From the NCBI RefSeq assembly GCF_018350175.1, contig NC_058383.1, positions 20,958,001-21,022,000 on the forward strand: DNA of 64,000 nucleotides, given 5' to 3'. The translations under genes were made by a program, and so were the position numbers. Each line of letters starts with the position of its first letter. The first letter of the stretch is position 1. Under the pieces are notes generated by a model, which saw only the letters and a list, made by a program, of their open reading frames with translations, searched no databases and was not told where the DNA came from. This document shows, piece by piece, positions 38,517 through 53,076 of the stretch. The DNA comes from Felis catus. Its lineage: Eukaryota.

Positions 38517-41021
38517 GGTGCGGTTGGACCAGACACAAGAGGAAGGGTTTCTCTTACTGGTCTGACCTGATGCCACTGTTTCCTCTTCTACATTATAATG
38601 AGGATGTCATCCCTCTTCCTCCAAGGGAGAGAGAGAGAGAAGAGCCTGAAGACAGAGAGCCTCTGAAAATCCCACAAACAAGCCTCCAAGCACTGCTGTC
38701 CCTGGTAAGGCTGGAGAGGTATCCAAGCAGCCCCGGCACACTCCCAGAGGCCCGAAGGGGTTTCTAGAAGACTTAGCAGCCAGGTCGGGGTGGCTAACGA
38801 TACCCTCTGCCTTACAGAGATGCTTCTCGGGCATTTGCAGTCAGCACCACTAAGCACTGTAAGGATCTGCCACGGGGGAGACACTGGGGTAGAGGATGGA
38901 GCACCCAGAGAAATCGTATGGTCCTCCCAAGTGAGGATCAAGGGAATCTGCCCGTATCTTCCGTAGAACAGTTCTGCAGATGGGTACCAAACATTCACAC
39001 TCAGCCCCGAACACCACACCAGGGATGGCTGGGAGGACCACAGTGCTGGGATAGTACCTTCCACAGCCGTATCATAGCAGTCTCCACGCCTTCTCCTCCC
39101 AGCCGCGGTATGCAAGAACATTAAGAAAACCTGGCATCTATCTCCTAGCTCCTCGTTCAGAAAATCCCCCAGCCCCGTGGACGGGACCTCCTGACCCACA
39201 TTCCACCCTGCAATCCTTCATCCAACTTTAAGTCGTCTGAATAAAACACTCCCTTTTCTATTTCCAGCTGCTGCAAAGCAACCCTAACACATGTTGGAAA
39301 GATGTGATCTTTATGCCTCTCTCTCCCCCGAAACGGCACTGGACACTTCTCCTGAGATACACAGCTTTAAAATTAGAATTGGAAAAAGCCACCGTTTCCC
39401 TCGTAGGGCCGAAGCTACCCCACGGCAGAGACCAGAATGCCCCCCAGCCAAACCAACCAAGCCAACGAAACCAACCAAACGCAGCCCTCCCAGACATCAT
39501 ACCCCCTCTCTATTCTGCTGTTGTGGCGCTAATCATTCTAACACCTTTTTAATTATAATCGCAAACTGGAAGCCATGGCTTGTGATGTTATAAATACTGA
39601 TTTTCCAGTTAAATTAGGCATTTGCTGTTTTATGTTTTGATAGGAAGGGGCTGTTTGAAGCCTCCTAAAATATTGCAATTAGTTCTCACTGTTGAAACAG
39701 ACAAGACATTAACAGACACATTTGCTGTTTCGGTTTAATGTGCTGGAATGTTTATGCCTAAGTGTACTTCTCTCAAGCTTTGAAAGCATAAGGCATGTTT
39801 TTTAAAGTGGAAGAAATCAATCACAATACACCCATTTATTATCTTTTTTTTTTTAAGTTAAGCTATTTCTAAAACTTTCCCAGGCTGTAATTTAAACTTG
39901 GAAAGCACAGCTCTTCAACAGGAAGGAGACTTATCAGGAAACAACCCTTGTATTTTACCTATTGGCTCGGTTAAGATGATAACATCACTTTAGCTGACAA
40001 AGCCTGTGTTTCTGTTTGACAATTGCAATTAATTACTGAGATGCAGCCGAGATGGGGCCAGCCATCCAGATCTGTTTTCCAGAGAGATATAAAACCAGAG
40101 GAAAGAAGCAAAGAAAAAACACACCCCAAAAAAAAGCAAAGGAGGTTTGCATTTTAGCATCTACACCAGTGTCGTGTTCAATGTTATGGCAAGAAAGCTG
40201 GATTATTAATTTATGTTACCTGCACCTAACTTTCTACTCCGCTCTTCTCCCTTCTTCTCCCCACTGGCAGAGGGTGGAAAAGGCGAGAGGTGAACATTTC
40301 ACAAGACAGAAGCTCCAATCTGTAGCGAAGGAGGCGCGGGTTACAGAAAGGGCACGGGCACCGGGCGTAAAATCTCCCAGGGCACGAACTGGTGCTCCCA
40401 ATGCAAAACCTACCCAGCGGGTGGATAGAAAGTTCTGGAGATGGGGACACCCTCCGTCTTTACTAGAAAGCCAGAACTGGCCAGCATCACCTTGTTTAAC
40501 CGTTCCCGGGTCATTTGGCTCTAACCTGAAAAGACTAAAGTTGGATTCCAGCCACGCAAATGCGCTTCAGGGCGATTCTGAGACATTCCAGGGGATCTCA
40601 AAGCCCCTAGATCAATCTCGCTACCCTGCTTCATCCCCCCCGCCGGCGTCCCCACACACGGAAGCGCAGAGCCCCGCCAGAGCCAGGGCTGGGAAACACC
40701 CCGCGGGCACGAAGGCTGGGGATTCCCAGGCTCGGCGCTGGGCAGATTCGGAAGGCACCTCCCCGGACGAGGAGCCTCGAGGCGGGCAGGGCAAGGCGAC
40801 ACCTCCACCCCTCGCCCTGAAATAGAGTCCTCCTTGACCGGCGTCCAGCCCCTCGCCGCCGCTCCCCCAGAGCAGCCCCCGCCGGGGCTTGACAGAGCCC
40901 TCGCTGGGGCCAAGGGCTCCCGGGACCGCGGCGCCCGGGTGTCCGAGGGCCCGGAAAAGCGGCGGCTCGCCCTGCGGGTCTCGCCGCGCGTCCACCCCCT
41001 CCCGCCGCGCCCAGGGTCCTA

Positions 41022-42800
<1,779 letters not shown>

Positions 42801-44089
42801 TCACGACGCGTACACCTGCGCCCCTTGGGGCGGGGGGCGGGGGGGGGGGGCTTAGCGCTAAAGGAGTTCCGATTTCCCTGGACTGGGATAGACTGAGCCC
42901 GTCATCGCTCTGAACGCCTAATGAGCAGGGACAAGTTAGGTTGCAGGCTGTCCGTGTGCATCGCCTCCCTGAATTTTTTTTTTAAGTATATTTTCTTTGC
43001 CGAGAGATTGCCATCCCTCACCTCCCTCTCCTGGGGGGAATGGTAAACATCAGAAGGCTCTGGAAGATTCAAAACTAGACAGTGCTCCTCGCGGCCTTTT
43101 GCTCAGGGAGGTGGCGGCATGGAAGGGAGAGGCAGCGGGATCAGCTGAGGCTCTCTAGGGAACCCTGCTTCCTGGGGACGGGGGGGGGGGGGGGCGGGGG
43201 CTGGCCGCGCACACCCCCGGGGCCCGGCTGTCCCAGGCGCTGGCTCCGGTGAGTCCTGTTTACCGTGCTAGCCGCCGCTGGGTGCCTGGTGGGTCTGCTT
43301 TCCCAGGGCCGGCTGATGTGCTTGGCATCTCCGGTTTTGTTTGATCGCATAATAGGAACAACAGTTGAAAGAAAATGTATATAATGTCTAAATATTAACT
43401 AGATACCTAGTGCCAAAGAGGGGGGAAATGTTAATCAAGTACGATGAAGAACACGGACTTTTCCCTGAGTGAACAAAAGCTCACTGCTGCTCTCAGCTGG
43501 ACATGAGTTTCCTTCACTGCTGCTTTCGCTCAGATAAAGATTATTCCTTTATAATATATTTTTTATGGTGCACTGGAGACCTCTGAAATGCAGAGTCTGG
43601 TGTCTTGTAAATCATTCCCTGTAACTAGGGACGCTTTTTCAAACACCACACAACTGCATTACTGTAATGTTAATGGGAAGGGGCCGACTGGAGCCCGGGG
43701 AAACACTAGCTTTGCCCAACCCTGTTTCCGGTCCCAACCCAGTTCTGGGTGGTCAGCCAGGAGGCCCGGATCGCAGGGAATATTGCCACTGCCCTGGCCC
43801 CTCTTTCTTTCAAGGCCCAGGTACCAGTATGCCCAGCGCATCCTGGGCCCAGGGCTCTGGCTCTCTGTGTCTAGAGCCCAGTTTCTCAGTGCGCTATCTC
43901 AGCCATCCACGTGAACCTGCTCTGTATGTAGCTTTACTACACATGCGCTTTCCAATTTGGAAAGGTTTTGATCAAATGGTTTGAAAATTTAATCCACCAC
44001 CCCCCCCCCCCGCCAGGTGACAAACTGAGAGCTGAATGTGGCCAGCACAGTGCTATTAAGAAATGTGAACTGGCTGCAATATTTTTAAA

Positions 44090-44304
44090 AATTTTTTAAG
44101 TTTTATTCATTTATTTTGAGAGAGACAGAGACAGTGTGCATGGGGCTGGGGCAGAGAGAGAAAGAGAGAGAGAGAATCCCAAACAGGCTCTGAGCTGGCT
44201 GCACAGAGCCCGAGGTGGGGCTCGAACTCATGAAACCGTGAGATCATGACCTGAGCCGAAATCAAGAGTTGGTCGCTTGACCAACTGAGCCACCCAGATG
44301 TCCC
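44090..44304 (-). mobile_element. Can-SINE
   Basis: TSD tgcaatatkttt. Confidence 0.92.
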
Positions 44305-45759
44305 TGGTTGCAATATGTTTAACTTGAGGGCTTGCTCCCACCCCCAAAAACCTGGGTGTGAGGTTTCTGTTGAAATAGGAGACTCAGCAACTTTGCGCCC
44401 TGAGCTGAGAAGCCCACTGTATGGAAAACGTGTGCCCTGTTCTTCACAGAGGCCACCCAGATCCTTCCCACACCTTTCTGTTACTTGCCTGGGCATTGCC
44501 AATGAGGAAACCTGCCAGCGTCCCTTCTGCCTCTTGTCCCCAAATAGTCACACTTGAGTAAGAGACTCTCAATGGAATAAAGGGCATTGGTGAAGGGTCA
44601 GGCCCCATAACTGATAGGAAAGAGGTGATTGCGGGGGAAGGAGTTCTGTAGACTTCTCATTTCGGCAGTTGCCTATTTTTTTTTGCTGCTTCTGATCCAG
44701 GCTTTTTCTGGGAGCAAGTTTCTGAGAAACCTGTAATGAAAAGTAGGAGCCACCTACATAGAGAGAACTCAGACTTCATTCAGCAATTCCTGATGGGTCT
44801 GGAGACTCGATAGAATTTTTTTTTTTTCTGTTTCCACTGCCAACACCCATGCTCATTCAGGCTTCTCAGAGTTTTTACAACATTCCTCCAGCTGGTCTCC
44901 AGGCCGCCAGGGTGCCTCATTTCCAATCAGTCCAGATATCAATAGCAGATCAATATCTGCTATTCAGATATTATTGCAATAATATCTGCTATTCAGATAT
45001 TATTGCAATAACATTATTGCAATATCAATAAGGAGTCAATCGATCATAGCTCTGCTGCTAATGCCCTCTATGGCTCAAAACCTCCCTCTCACTGCCTAAT
45101 TAATAAGCTCCAACCTCTTTCCCTTTGGACTCAAGGTCTCCTCCCACCTTTCATGTGACTCCCAGTCGCCCCAAACCAAAGGGTACCTACCCTCCCAACA
45201 TACACCTTGCGCGGTTCCGTTTCACCGCTGTATGCTCAGGTGATAGAGTTAAAGCAAAGCTGTCCTTTGCTGGCTTAGGTGGCTTTCGGACAGGTCATGC
45301 CTCCTCTCTGAGCCTCAGATTCTGCGTATATAAGTCACAGATAATAAGACTCCCCTCAAATTGTTTTTATAAAGAATTAAATGAACTTACGTAACATCTG
45401 CATGAATACCCGACTCCCTGCCTGACGTGCGGTGGCTACCCATAGTTATTTGCGTCTAAACATTGGCTCCTGCCATGCCCTGTTTCTTTAAACCTCATCC
45501 TCGAAAAATACGTGTGTGCCCTTTCTTCACACCAGCCCGGAGTGTAAGGCAGAGTTCACTTTCCTAATCTGCTCAGTAGCATATACAATGCCAAGTCCAA
45601 TGCCTTCTGTGGCTTTTTTTCTTTTTGAAGCAATACAAACTAACCCTGGCTAACTTCAGCTTGGCTTGGTTTTTTAATCGAAGAAATTTACTGGAAGGAT
45701 GTATGATAACTCCCGTAATGAAAACCAACAGACCAACAAGAAGCAAAAATTGGCTTTGG

Positions 45760-46130
45760 AATATTGTCCGCTCTCCTGTGGCTGACACAGGAGAGATCTA
45801 TTTTCTTGGCCCCTTAAAGTTAGGTATGACTCCGGCTAATGAAACTTGAGCAGAAGTGAAATGGTATGTTCTGGGCAGACGCTTTGGGCAGACGGTGGGA
45901 GATTCCCCAGTGGCAATGTGTTTTTCCTGCCTGGCAGTTGGACGAGACAATGGATGGAACCCCTCTTATCCACGACCTACTCGATTCTCCACACTGAGCA
46001 AGGTTAAGAAAGTTCCAGCCGCTGATGGCATGTAGCACGATCAAAAAACCAACTCGGTTGTGCTCAGCTCCTGAGACTTTGCGGGTTGGTTGCGAATACA
46101 GCACAGCCCGGCCGATCCGACTGATGAAAG
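45760..46130 (+). mobile_element. Old MaLR LTR (MLT1I/J-like)
   Basis: ggctaatgaaacttgagcagaagtga ... ctgagactttgcgggttggttg...cagcacagccc...gactgat. Confidence 0.5.
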
Positions 46131-46683
46131 CGTACCTACCCTTCATTTCCTCTGCTATTGAGCAAAATGACTTCGGTAAGCCAATATTACAACTCCCTTT
46201 CACAGAGGGAACGAATGATGCCAAAGCAGTAGAGACAGAACTCTGGTCTCTTATCTAGCAAAGAGACTTCCCCGTTTTGTCTTTTACCTGTCCATAAAAA
46301 GTGTATCTGTGGCAATCTGGAGGTTAAGCTCCAGACAAAACCAATGTGGTAGCGAAGAGGGAAATTATAAAAAGAGCAAAAGATTGAAAACATAAGAATG
46401 CCATGACCTTACGGAACGTTGCGTGAGAAAGGATCTCACTTGGGAAATCAGGAAATACTTGGAGTTGAAACAGCAAAATCTGGCAGATGGAATTAAGCGA
46501 TACTTGCACGAAAGACGGCATCTCCAATATACTTCTCCAAAAAGAAAAAAAAAAGAAAAGAAAAACAAATGAGCTACATGTTCGACTCAAGAAGCCAGAA
46601 AAAGAGCGAGAGAACGATGTCAGGAAGGACATGATCACGACGAATGCCAAGCCTTTGTTCCTATCTGTGTGCTGTTTGTCTAT

Positions 46684-47012
46684 TGCTAAGGACTGAGCTG
46701 TGCCTCCTCAAAATCCGTCTGTTGAAGCCCTAACCCCCAATGTGACCGTGTCCACAGATAGAGTCTTCAGGAAGTAATTAAGGTTAAAGGCAGGTCATAA
46801 TGGCGGAACCCTAGTCAGAGAGGATTGTGGCCTCATAAGAAGTTGAGGGGTCATCCCTGTTTCTTCATACACCCTTCCGTGTGAGGACAGCCAGCACCTG
46901 ACCGGTTCACGCCTTCATCTCAACCCTCTGAGCCCCGGAACTGGGAGAAAACGCATTTCTCGTTGAAGCCACCCTCTGTGGTATTTTGTTATGGTAACCG
47001 GAGCTAAGACCT
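46684..47012 (+). mobile_element. MaLR LTR (MLT1A/MST-like)
   Basis: tgttgaagccctaacccccaatgtgac...taattaaggttaaa...tgtggtattttgttatgg. Confidence 0.8.
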
Positions 47013-47059
47013 ACGTGGTTCATGGTTTGTAAAAAACGCTGCCGTCCCCGTTCCGGTGT

Positions 47060-48038
47060 GTGTTGGGGTTGGAGAGAGGGTCCCACATCGGCAAGCATCG
47101 GTTGGACACCCGCTGGGGGCCCTACAGTCATCTCAGTGGTGACACTGTGTATGCAGCGATATTAACAGGTCCCACAAGTTTAGCGTTCGGTCCCCAAGAC
47201 TGTCCCCACTGCAGAAGCCAGTCTTAAGTCGGGGTTGTTACCTCTGCTTATGACCTACTGGCTAGAAGTCAGAGGCTCCCAGGATCCCCTCTTCAGGCTC
47301 CGTTAATTTACCAGAGCGGCCCACGGAACTCAGAGAAACATTTAACTTCTTAGATTACTAGTTTATTATAAAAGTATACAATCCAGGAACAGCCAGAGAG
47401 GTGCGTAGGGCAACGTGTAGGGAAAGGGTAAGAGGCTTCCATGCCCTCTCTGGGGGCGCCAATGTCTGGCCCCTCCACGTGGTCTCCATCCCGGAAGAAA
47501 GCTCTCCAAAGCCTTCTGGGTGTTTACTGAGGTTGCGTGACTTAGTCATGATTGAGCAGCTCATTGGCCATTGGTGATCAACCCAACCTCCAGCCCCTCT
47601 CCCCTCCCAGGAGGTAGGGGTGGGGGACGGTTTACTGAAAGTTCCAGCCCTTTCCTCAGAAGATTGGTTCCCCTGGCAACCAGGCCCCATCCTTAGGTTA
47701 CCTAAGGGCTTTCCCAAAGTCACTCATTAACACAACAAAAGAGACTTTTATTGCTCTTACCACAGGAAATTCCAATGGTTTTAGGAGCTTTTGGCCACTC
47801 CCGGGGTTGAATCCAGATATATATAGATATGCTTTTTTAATGTTTATTTATTTTTGAGAGAGAGAGAGCAGTCAGGTCGGGGAGGGGCAGAGAGAGAGGG
47901 AGACAGAGGATCTGAAGCAGGCAGGCCTTGAACCCACGAACCATGAGATCATGACCTGAGCCCAAGTCCAACCCTCAACCCACTGAGACACCCAGGCGCC
48001 CCCAATATATATTTCTTATTATAGATCACAATATCACA
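47060..48038 (-). mobile_element. MER21-group ERV LTR interrupted by a SINE
   Basis: Minus-strand start tgtgatattgtgatctataataagaaatatatat...gagctcctaaaaccattggaatttcct. Confidence 0.7.
47832..48003 (-). mobile_element. Can-SINE nested in the LTR
   Basis: Reverse head cccaggcgcccc. Confidence 0.88.
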
Positions 48039-48434
48039 CTGTCCCACCTGGTCTTTTAACAGAGACCCCTTATAGCAAAACAATCATAAAGGTCAAAAGA
48101 TACCGGCACATACTAGAATCCCATTCAGTCCCTAATAACTACCCAGTCCATCATCAAATGGTATGAAAAAGTCTCCCAGGATGAGGGCGCTCCCATTTGC
48201 AGGTTTCCTTTCCATCTCGTCCGGTTCCCAAAGCAGAAGGGGCCTCAACCGAGAGGCGGCTTCACCCTTTCAGGCATCTGATGTAATTGAACTAAGAGAC
48301 AACATCATCTCTTGCCCCAAGCTTCTTTCGAGGTAGTAGTGTAATAATGATTTCCCTTATTACACAACCCAGTCGTTCATTCCCTTACCTCAGCGACTCT
48401 TTTTCCTTCTCTCTATTTATATCCAAACTTTCCA

Positions 48435-48640
48435 GGGCGCCCGAGTGGGGCTTCCGCTCAGGTCATGATCGCCTGGTTCACGGTTCGTGCGTTCAAGCCC
48501 CGTGTCTGGCTCTGTGCGGACAACTCAGAGCTTGGAGCCTGCTTCGGATTCTGTGTCTCCCTCTCTCTCTGCCCCTTCCTCGCTTGCACTGTCTCTCTCT
48601 GTCTCCCTCAAAAACCAACAAACATTAAAAAAATTTTTTT
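48435..48640 (+). mobile_element. Can-SINE
   Basis: Head, body, tail. Confidence 0.88.
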
Positions 48641-49534
48641 TCAGTGGAGGAAAAAAAAAAAAGAAAAAGTTGAGAGGATAAAAGAAAAACTAATCGTCCC
48701 ACCAGCGCCCTCCCCTGGCAAGAATTGCATAGGCACACCGGCATCTTGCCCTGTCCCGTCTCTCCCACATCCACCAGAAAAACCGACACGTCTGCACTTT
48801 GGGGACACTCCTTTATCCCTCTCGTGTTCTTGTTGAGGGCGAGCACACGCTCACGGGGTCATTTATTTTTATTTTTGCCAGTCCTCTTTTGCTAGGTTGC
48901 TATTTCTTACTGAGTCATGAAAACCTCTTAGGTATTGAGGACACCAGATTTTTTTTTCCCCTGTCCTATACCTTCCAATTACTGGGTCCCCCAGTTTGCC
49001 TTTACTGGTAACTTGCTTTTCCTGGTTTTGATTCTGTACGTGTTTCACTGTTATGTACTCAAACTCCCAACTATTTCCTTTGTAGTTTTTTGCCTGTGAT
49101 AGAAAATGATGATTTTCTATCATCATTTGGTTATAGATTCATACACACCCCCAAACTATGTAAATGCTCATCTACATTTTCTTCTAGTACATTTTTGGTT
49201 TTATTTTCTACCTGTACATTTTAAACCATCTGGGATTTATTTTGCTATACACAAGGCTCTGACTTAATTGGTTTTTTCTTCATTTTCCTAGCCCTACTTA
49301 CTTCCCCAACAGTCTGAGACTCCAGTGTTCTATAATAAACCCACACTGCTGGAATTTTCCCGTCCAGAAATACAGGAAGTGAATCTCCATTCATTCTATC
49401 TTCTTTTACATCTCTTATGGCACTTTTGGTAATTTCAGTGACATGAAACCCTGCTCAAGTCTTTGTCTGGGCAAGTGTGTTGACATCTGTTTCTGCTTTG
49501 TTCAATTCCATAAAGTCTCTTGCTCTCTTTCTTT

Positions 49535-49764
49535 CTTTTTTTTAAAAATTTTTTCTTTAACATTTATTTTTGAGAGACAGAGAGAGACAGAGCGTGAGCA
49601 GGGGAGGGGCAGAGAGAGAGAGAGAGAGAGAGACAGAATCCGAAGCAGGCTCCAGGCTCTGAGCTGTCAGCACAGAGCCCGACGCGGGGCTCCAACCCAC
49701 GGACCGTGAGATCATGACCCCAGCCGAAGTCGGACGCTCAACGACTGAGCCACCCAGCTGCCCC
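49535..49764 (-). mobile_element. Can-SINE (felid type)
   Basis: (GA)n, reverse head; TSD gctctctt. Confidence 0.94.
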
Positions 49765-50402
49765 GCTCTCTTTGTACTTCATCCGTTCTTTCAGTTGTCC
49801 TTTGGAAGGAGCCAGTATGCTCTGGATGAGATATGGAAATCATAGTGAGGCAGAAAGCAAGATCGCTGTCCTCTTGAAGGCAGAAACAGTTATACAAGCA
49901 AGTGTAATCAAGTGAGGCAAGTAGTAAGAAAGAAAAAAAAATACAGAATGCTCTAGAGCCCTTTGTTGGAGCACCTTTGCTAGCCTGCAGACAACGAGGG
50001 ACGCCTTCACAGAGGAAGTAGCATTTCAGTCCATCCTAAAGGGAGAATTAGATAACACCAGGTGAAGCAAGAGGGTTATTTTTAGCAGGTGCAACATCTC
50101 ACCCACGTCATTCATTTTAAGTACATTTAGCAAACTAAACGGAAGGTAACTTCCCTAAGAGAAAAGGGTTGCTGCCAAAAATCTCCAACAAACATTATAG
50201 TGAAACATAACGAAATAGGAGAAGTAACCCTTGGAAAACAGGAGCAAGATACGTGTGTCTTCCATCATGGCTTCTATCCATCATTAACCTGGGGTTCCCA
50301 GTTAATGCAGTAAGACAAGAAAGAATAATAAAGTACATGAGATCTGGGAAGAAAGAAACAAACTATTATTATTTGCAAGCTATATGTTTGTTGGCAAATA
50401 CA

Positions 50403-50405
<3 letters not shown>

Positions 50406-50440
<35 letters not shown>
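50406..50440. repeat. (TG)n microsatellite
   Basis: Read directly from sequence. Confidence 0.95.
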
Positions 50441-50444
<4 letters not shown>

Positions 50445-50789
50445 AATCTATAACCAAAGAGTTGGGCAAGCTTGCTGAATAAACCGTAGAATACAAAAAG
50501 TAAATTCATTCTTAAAGACAATCAGGATACAACTAGAAAATATAATCTTAAAAGAAGATCCTGTTCAGAACTACAATAAAATCCATGAAGCAAGTCCTTC
50601 ATAGACAACGTCATACAGCTTTTTCGCAGAGTGTTGTGTTAATTTCCTAGGGCAGCCATAACAAAATACCACAAGCTGTGTGGCTCAAGACAGGAATTCA
50701 TTCTGTCACAGTTCTGGAGGCCAGGGGTTTGAAACTGCGCTGTCTGTAGGCATCTGTCTTCACAGAGCACTTTCCTCTTCTTAATATTT

Positions 50790-50887
50790 ACTTTTTAAAG
50801 TGGACTCTGTGCCCAAGAGGGGGCTTGAACTTGCTACCCTGAGATCAAGAGTCACATGCTCTACCAACTGAGCCAGTCAGGCGCCCC
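50790..50887 (-). mobile_element. Short old Can-SINE lacking (CT)n
   Basis: accctgagatcaagagtcacatgctctaccaactgagccagtcaggcgcccc. Confidence 0.85.
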
Positions 50888-50919
50888 AACGCTTTGGTCG
50901 TCTAATCTGTAAGAAAAAA

Positions 50920-51139
50920 ATTGTTTACTGTTTATTTATTTTTGAGAGCGCACGGGAGAGAGAGACGGAGCAGGGAGGGGGCAGAGACAGAGAGAGGGAG
51001 ACACAGAATCCAAAACAGCCTCCAGGCTCTGAGCTGTCAGCACAGAGCCCGACATGGGGCTCGAATCCACGAACTGTGAGATCATGCATGACCTGAGCCG
51101 AAATCAGACACTCAACCGACTGAGCCACCCAGGCACCCC
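50920..51139 (-). mobile_element. Can-SINE
   Basis: Reverse head and body. Confidence 0.92.
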
Positions 51140-52008
51140 TGATAACTAAATTCTAAATTTTATGTGGGCATAAGGAAGCAAAGTGATAACCTCTTCTTGG
51201 GAAAAGAAAACATGTCATCAAGACAACTAGTCTCCCTTTGAGAAGGGAAGGGGATTTAAATTGAAGGGAAAGATTAAAGTAAATTTCTTAGCCCAGAAAA
51301 GTACTTTGTTTATTCAGGTGCTGTCATGTAAATTCTTTCCCTATTCTGATAAGAAAGCTGAATTGACAAGCTCATAAACTAACCAAGGAGCTCAGGCTTG
51401 TCGATATTAAACTAAAATGAAGTTCCCGGGTAGGAATATTGCCAAGTAGAAATAAATGTACCTATATAATCTGATCTCCCTCCCAAGTGGCAGGTTTGAC
51501 CCAGTGTATTTTCCTGCCATTCCATGTAAAAAGAAAAGAAATCTCTTGTTGTGAAGTTATTTTTATAGCAGAGTACGTCTTCACCTGTCTGAAACGCAAA
51601 TATTTCTACGTGCATGAATGCTGAAATGTGCAAAATACATCTTCCATTATCATGAGACGTCATAAAACAGGACTCGTGTCGGAGGAGGGAGTGATCTTTC
51701 ATTGCTATTCACGGGGTGAACGTATTTGCAACTAACTGGCTTTTTAAAGAACCTTTATTTTGAGATAATTTTAGAATCACGGGTGGTTGTCCAGATAGCA
51801 CAGAGTTCTGTTATGCTCTTTGTCCAGCTTCCCCTAACGCACAGCCCATGTGTCAAAATTGAGAAATTAACCCTGCCACGATACCATCAACTAAACCACA
51901 CACTTCCTTGGTATTTCACCGGGTTTTCCACGAATACCCTTTTTCTGTTCCAGTATCCGGTTGTGTTGTGTTTCACTGTCACGTCTTCTGAATCTCCTCT
52001 GGTCTATC

Positions 52009-52222
52009 TGTTGGGATGGGTCATCGAGAGGACGTGACTGTCCGTTGACCAACCGAGCTGGACCCCAGCTGCTGGAGGCCCCTCACTCACCACCTGCCCT
52101 GTCCTTGGAATGTTTGTTCTGCGGGTCCTGATCCTGAGACTGACTCCGCCAGGACCTTGAGGGGAGGGGAGCTCTGCTCTCTGCATCTTTCAATAAAGCT
52201 GTTGGTCCTTAAAAAGAAAGAC

Positions 52223-52264
<42 letters not shown>

Positions 52265-52557
52265 CAGCCTTGAAAGAGCAATCCCATCCATCTGAAGGGT
52301 ACAAGCGACTGAACCCCTGGGACACCTCCCTGTAAGCTTTTAAGATTCTGGTGGGCAGGTGTGCAGACCTACTTACCTTGCAACTACCCAAGACAAGCTT
52401 CCTACGTGAGTTTCCTGGCTCATTAAAACCTTTAAACCACCCCCTACCGATCTGGAGCGGTCTGCCTCCTTCTTTGTCACATCTTTCAGGTAGAAGGGGC
52501 AGTTTCAGATTCCCCCTCCCCCACCTTGCTCCGGGGGAACTCTGAGTTTGCAAACCA
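52009..52557 (+). mobile_element. ERV-like solo LTR containing an A-rich insert
   Basis: TG...CA ends, attaaa at 52422, interrupts the L1MC; family not identified. Confidence 0.5.
52211..52264. repeat. (GAAA)n microsatellite
   Basis: Read directly from sequence. Confidence 0.95.
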
Positions 52558-52621
52558 ATACTATGATAATTTCTCGTTCTCTCCTTGTTTTGTTTTGTTT
52601 TTTTTTTTTAAGATTTTATTT

Positions 52622-53076
52622 TATTATTTTTTTAAATACAATTTCTCGTCAGGTTAGCTAACCTACAGTGTGTGCATTGCGCTCTTGGCTTCGGGAGTAG
52701 ATTCCCATGATTCATCGCTGACATGCAACACCCAGTGTTTATCCCAACAAGTGCCCTCCTCAATGCCCATCCACCCATCGCCCATTTTCCCCTCCTCCCC
52801 CATCAACCGTCAATTTATTCTCTGTATTTAAGAGTCCCTTATGGTTTGCCTCCCTCTCTGTTTGAAACTATTTTTTCCCCTTCCCGTCTTCTGTTAGGAT
52901 ATATCTATTAGGCTCTATATATATATCCTATATATCTAGGATGGTCTATAAGACCTAATGGTCTTCTGTTAAGTTTCTCAAGTTCCACATATGAATGGAA
53001 ACACATGGTATCTGTCTTTCTCCGACTGACTTATTTTGCTTGGCGTAATACCCTCCAGGTCCATCCACGTTGTTGC
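52622..53076 (-). mobile_element. 5'-truncated carnivore L1 inserted in the tail of an old SINE (remainder 53077-53159)
   Basis: TSD ttttaagattttatttt; similar to the L1 at 21062-21551. Confidence 0.9.

Noticed and set aside
40052..40825. 257-aa ATG ORF antisense in intron 1
   Set aside because: No homology or domain recognised; runs into GC-rich island sequence
44933..45030. CRISPR-like or miRNA-hairpin reading of the repeated palindromic units
   Set aside because: Mammalian DNA, no spacers, and stems too short and AT-rich for a pre-miRNA call
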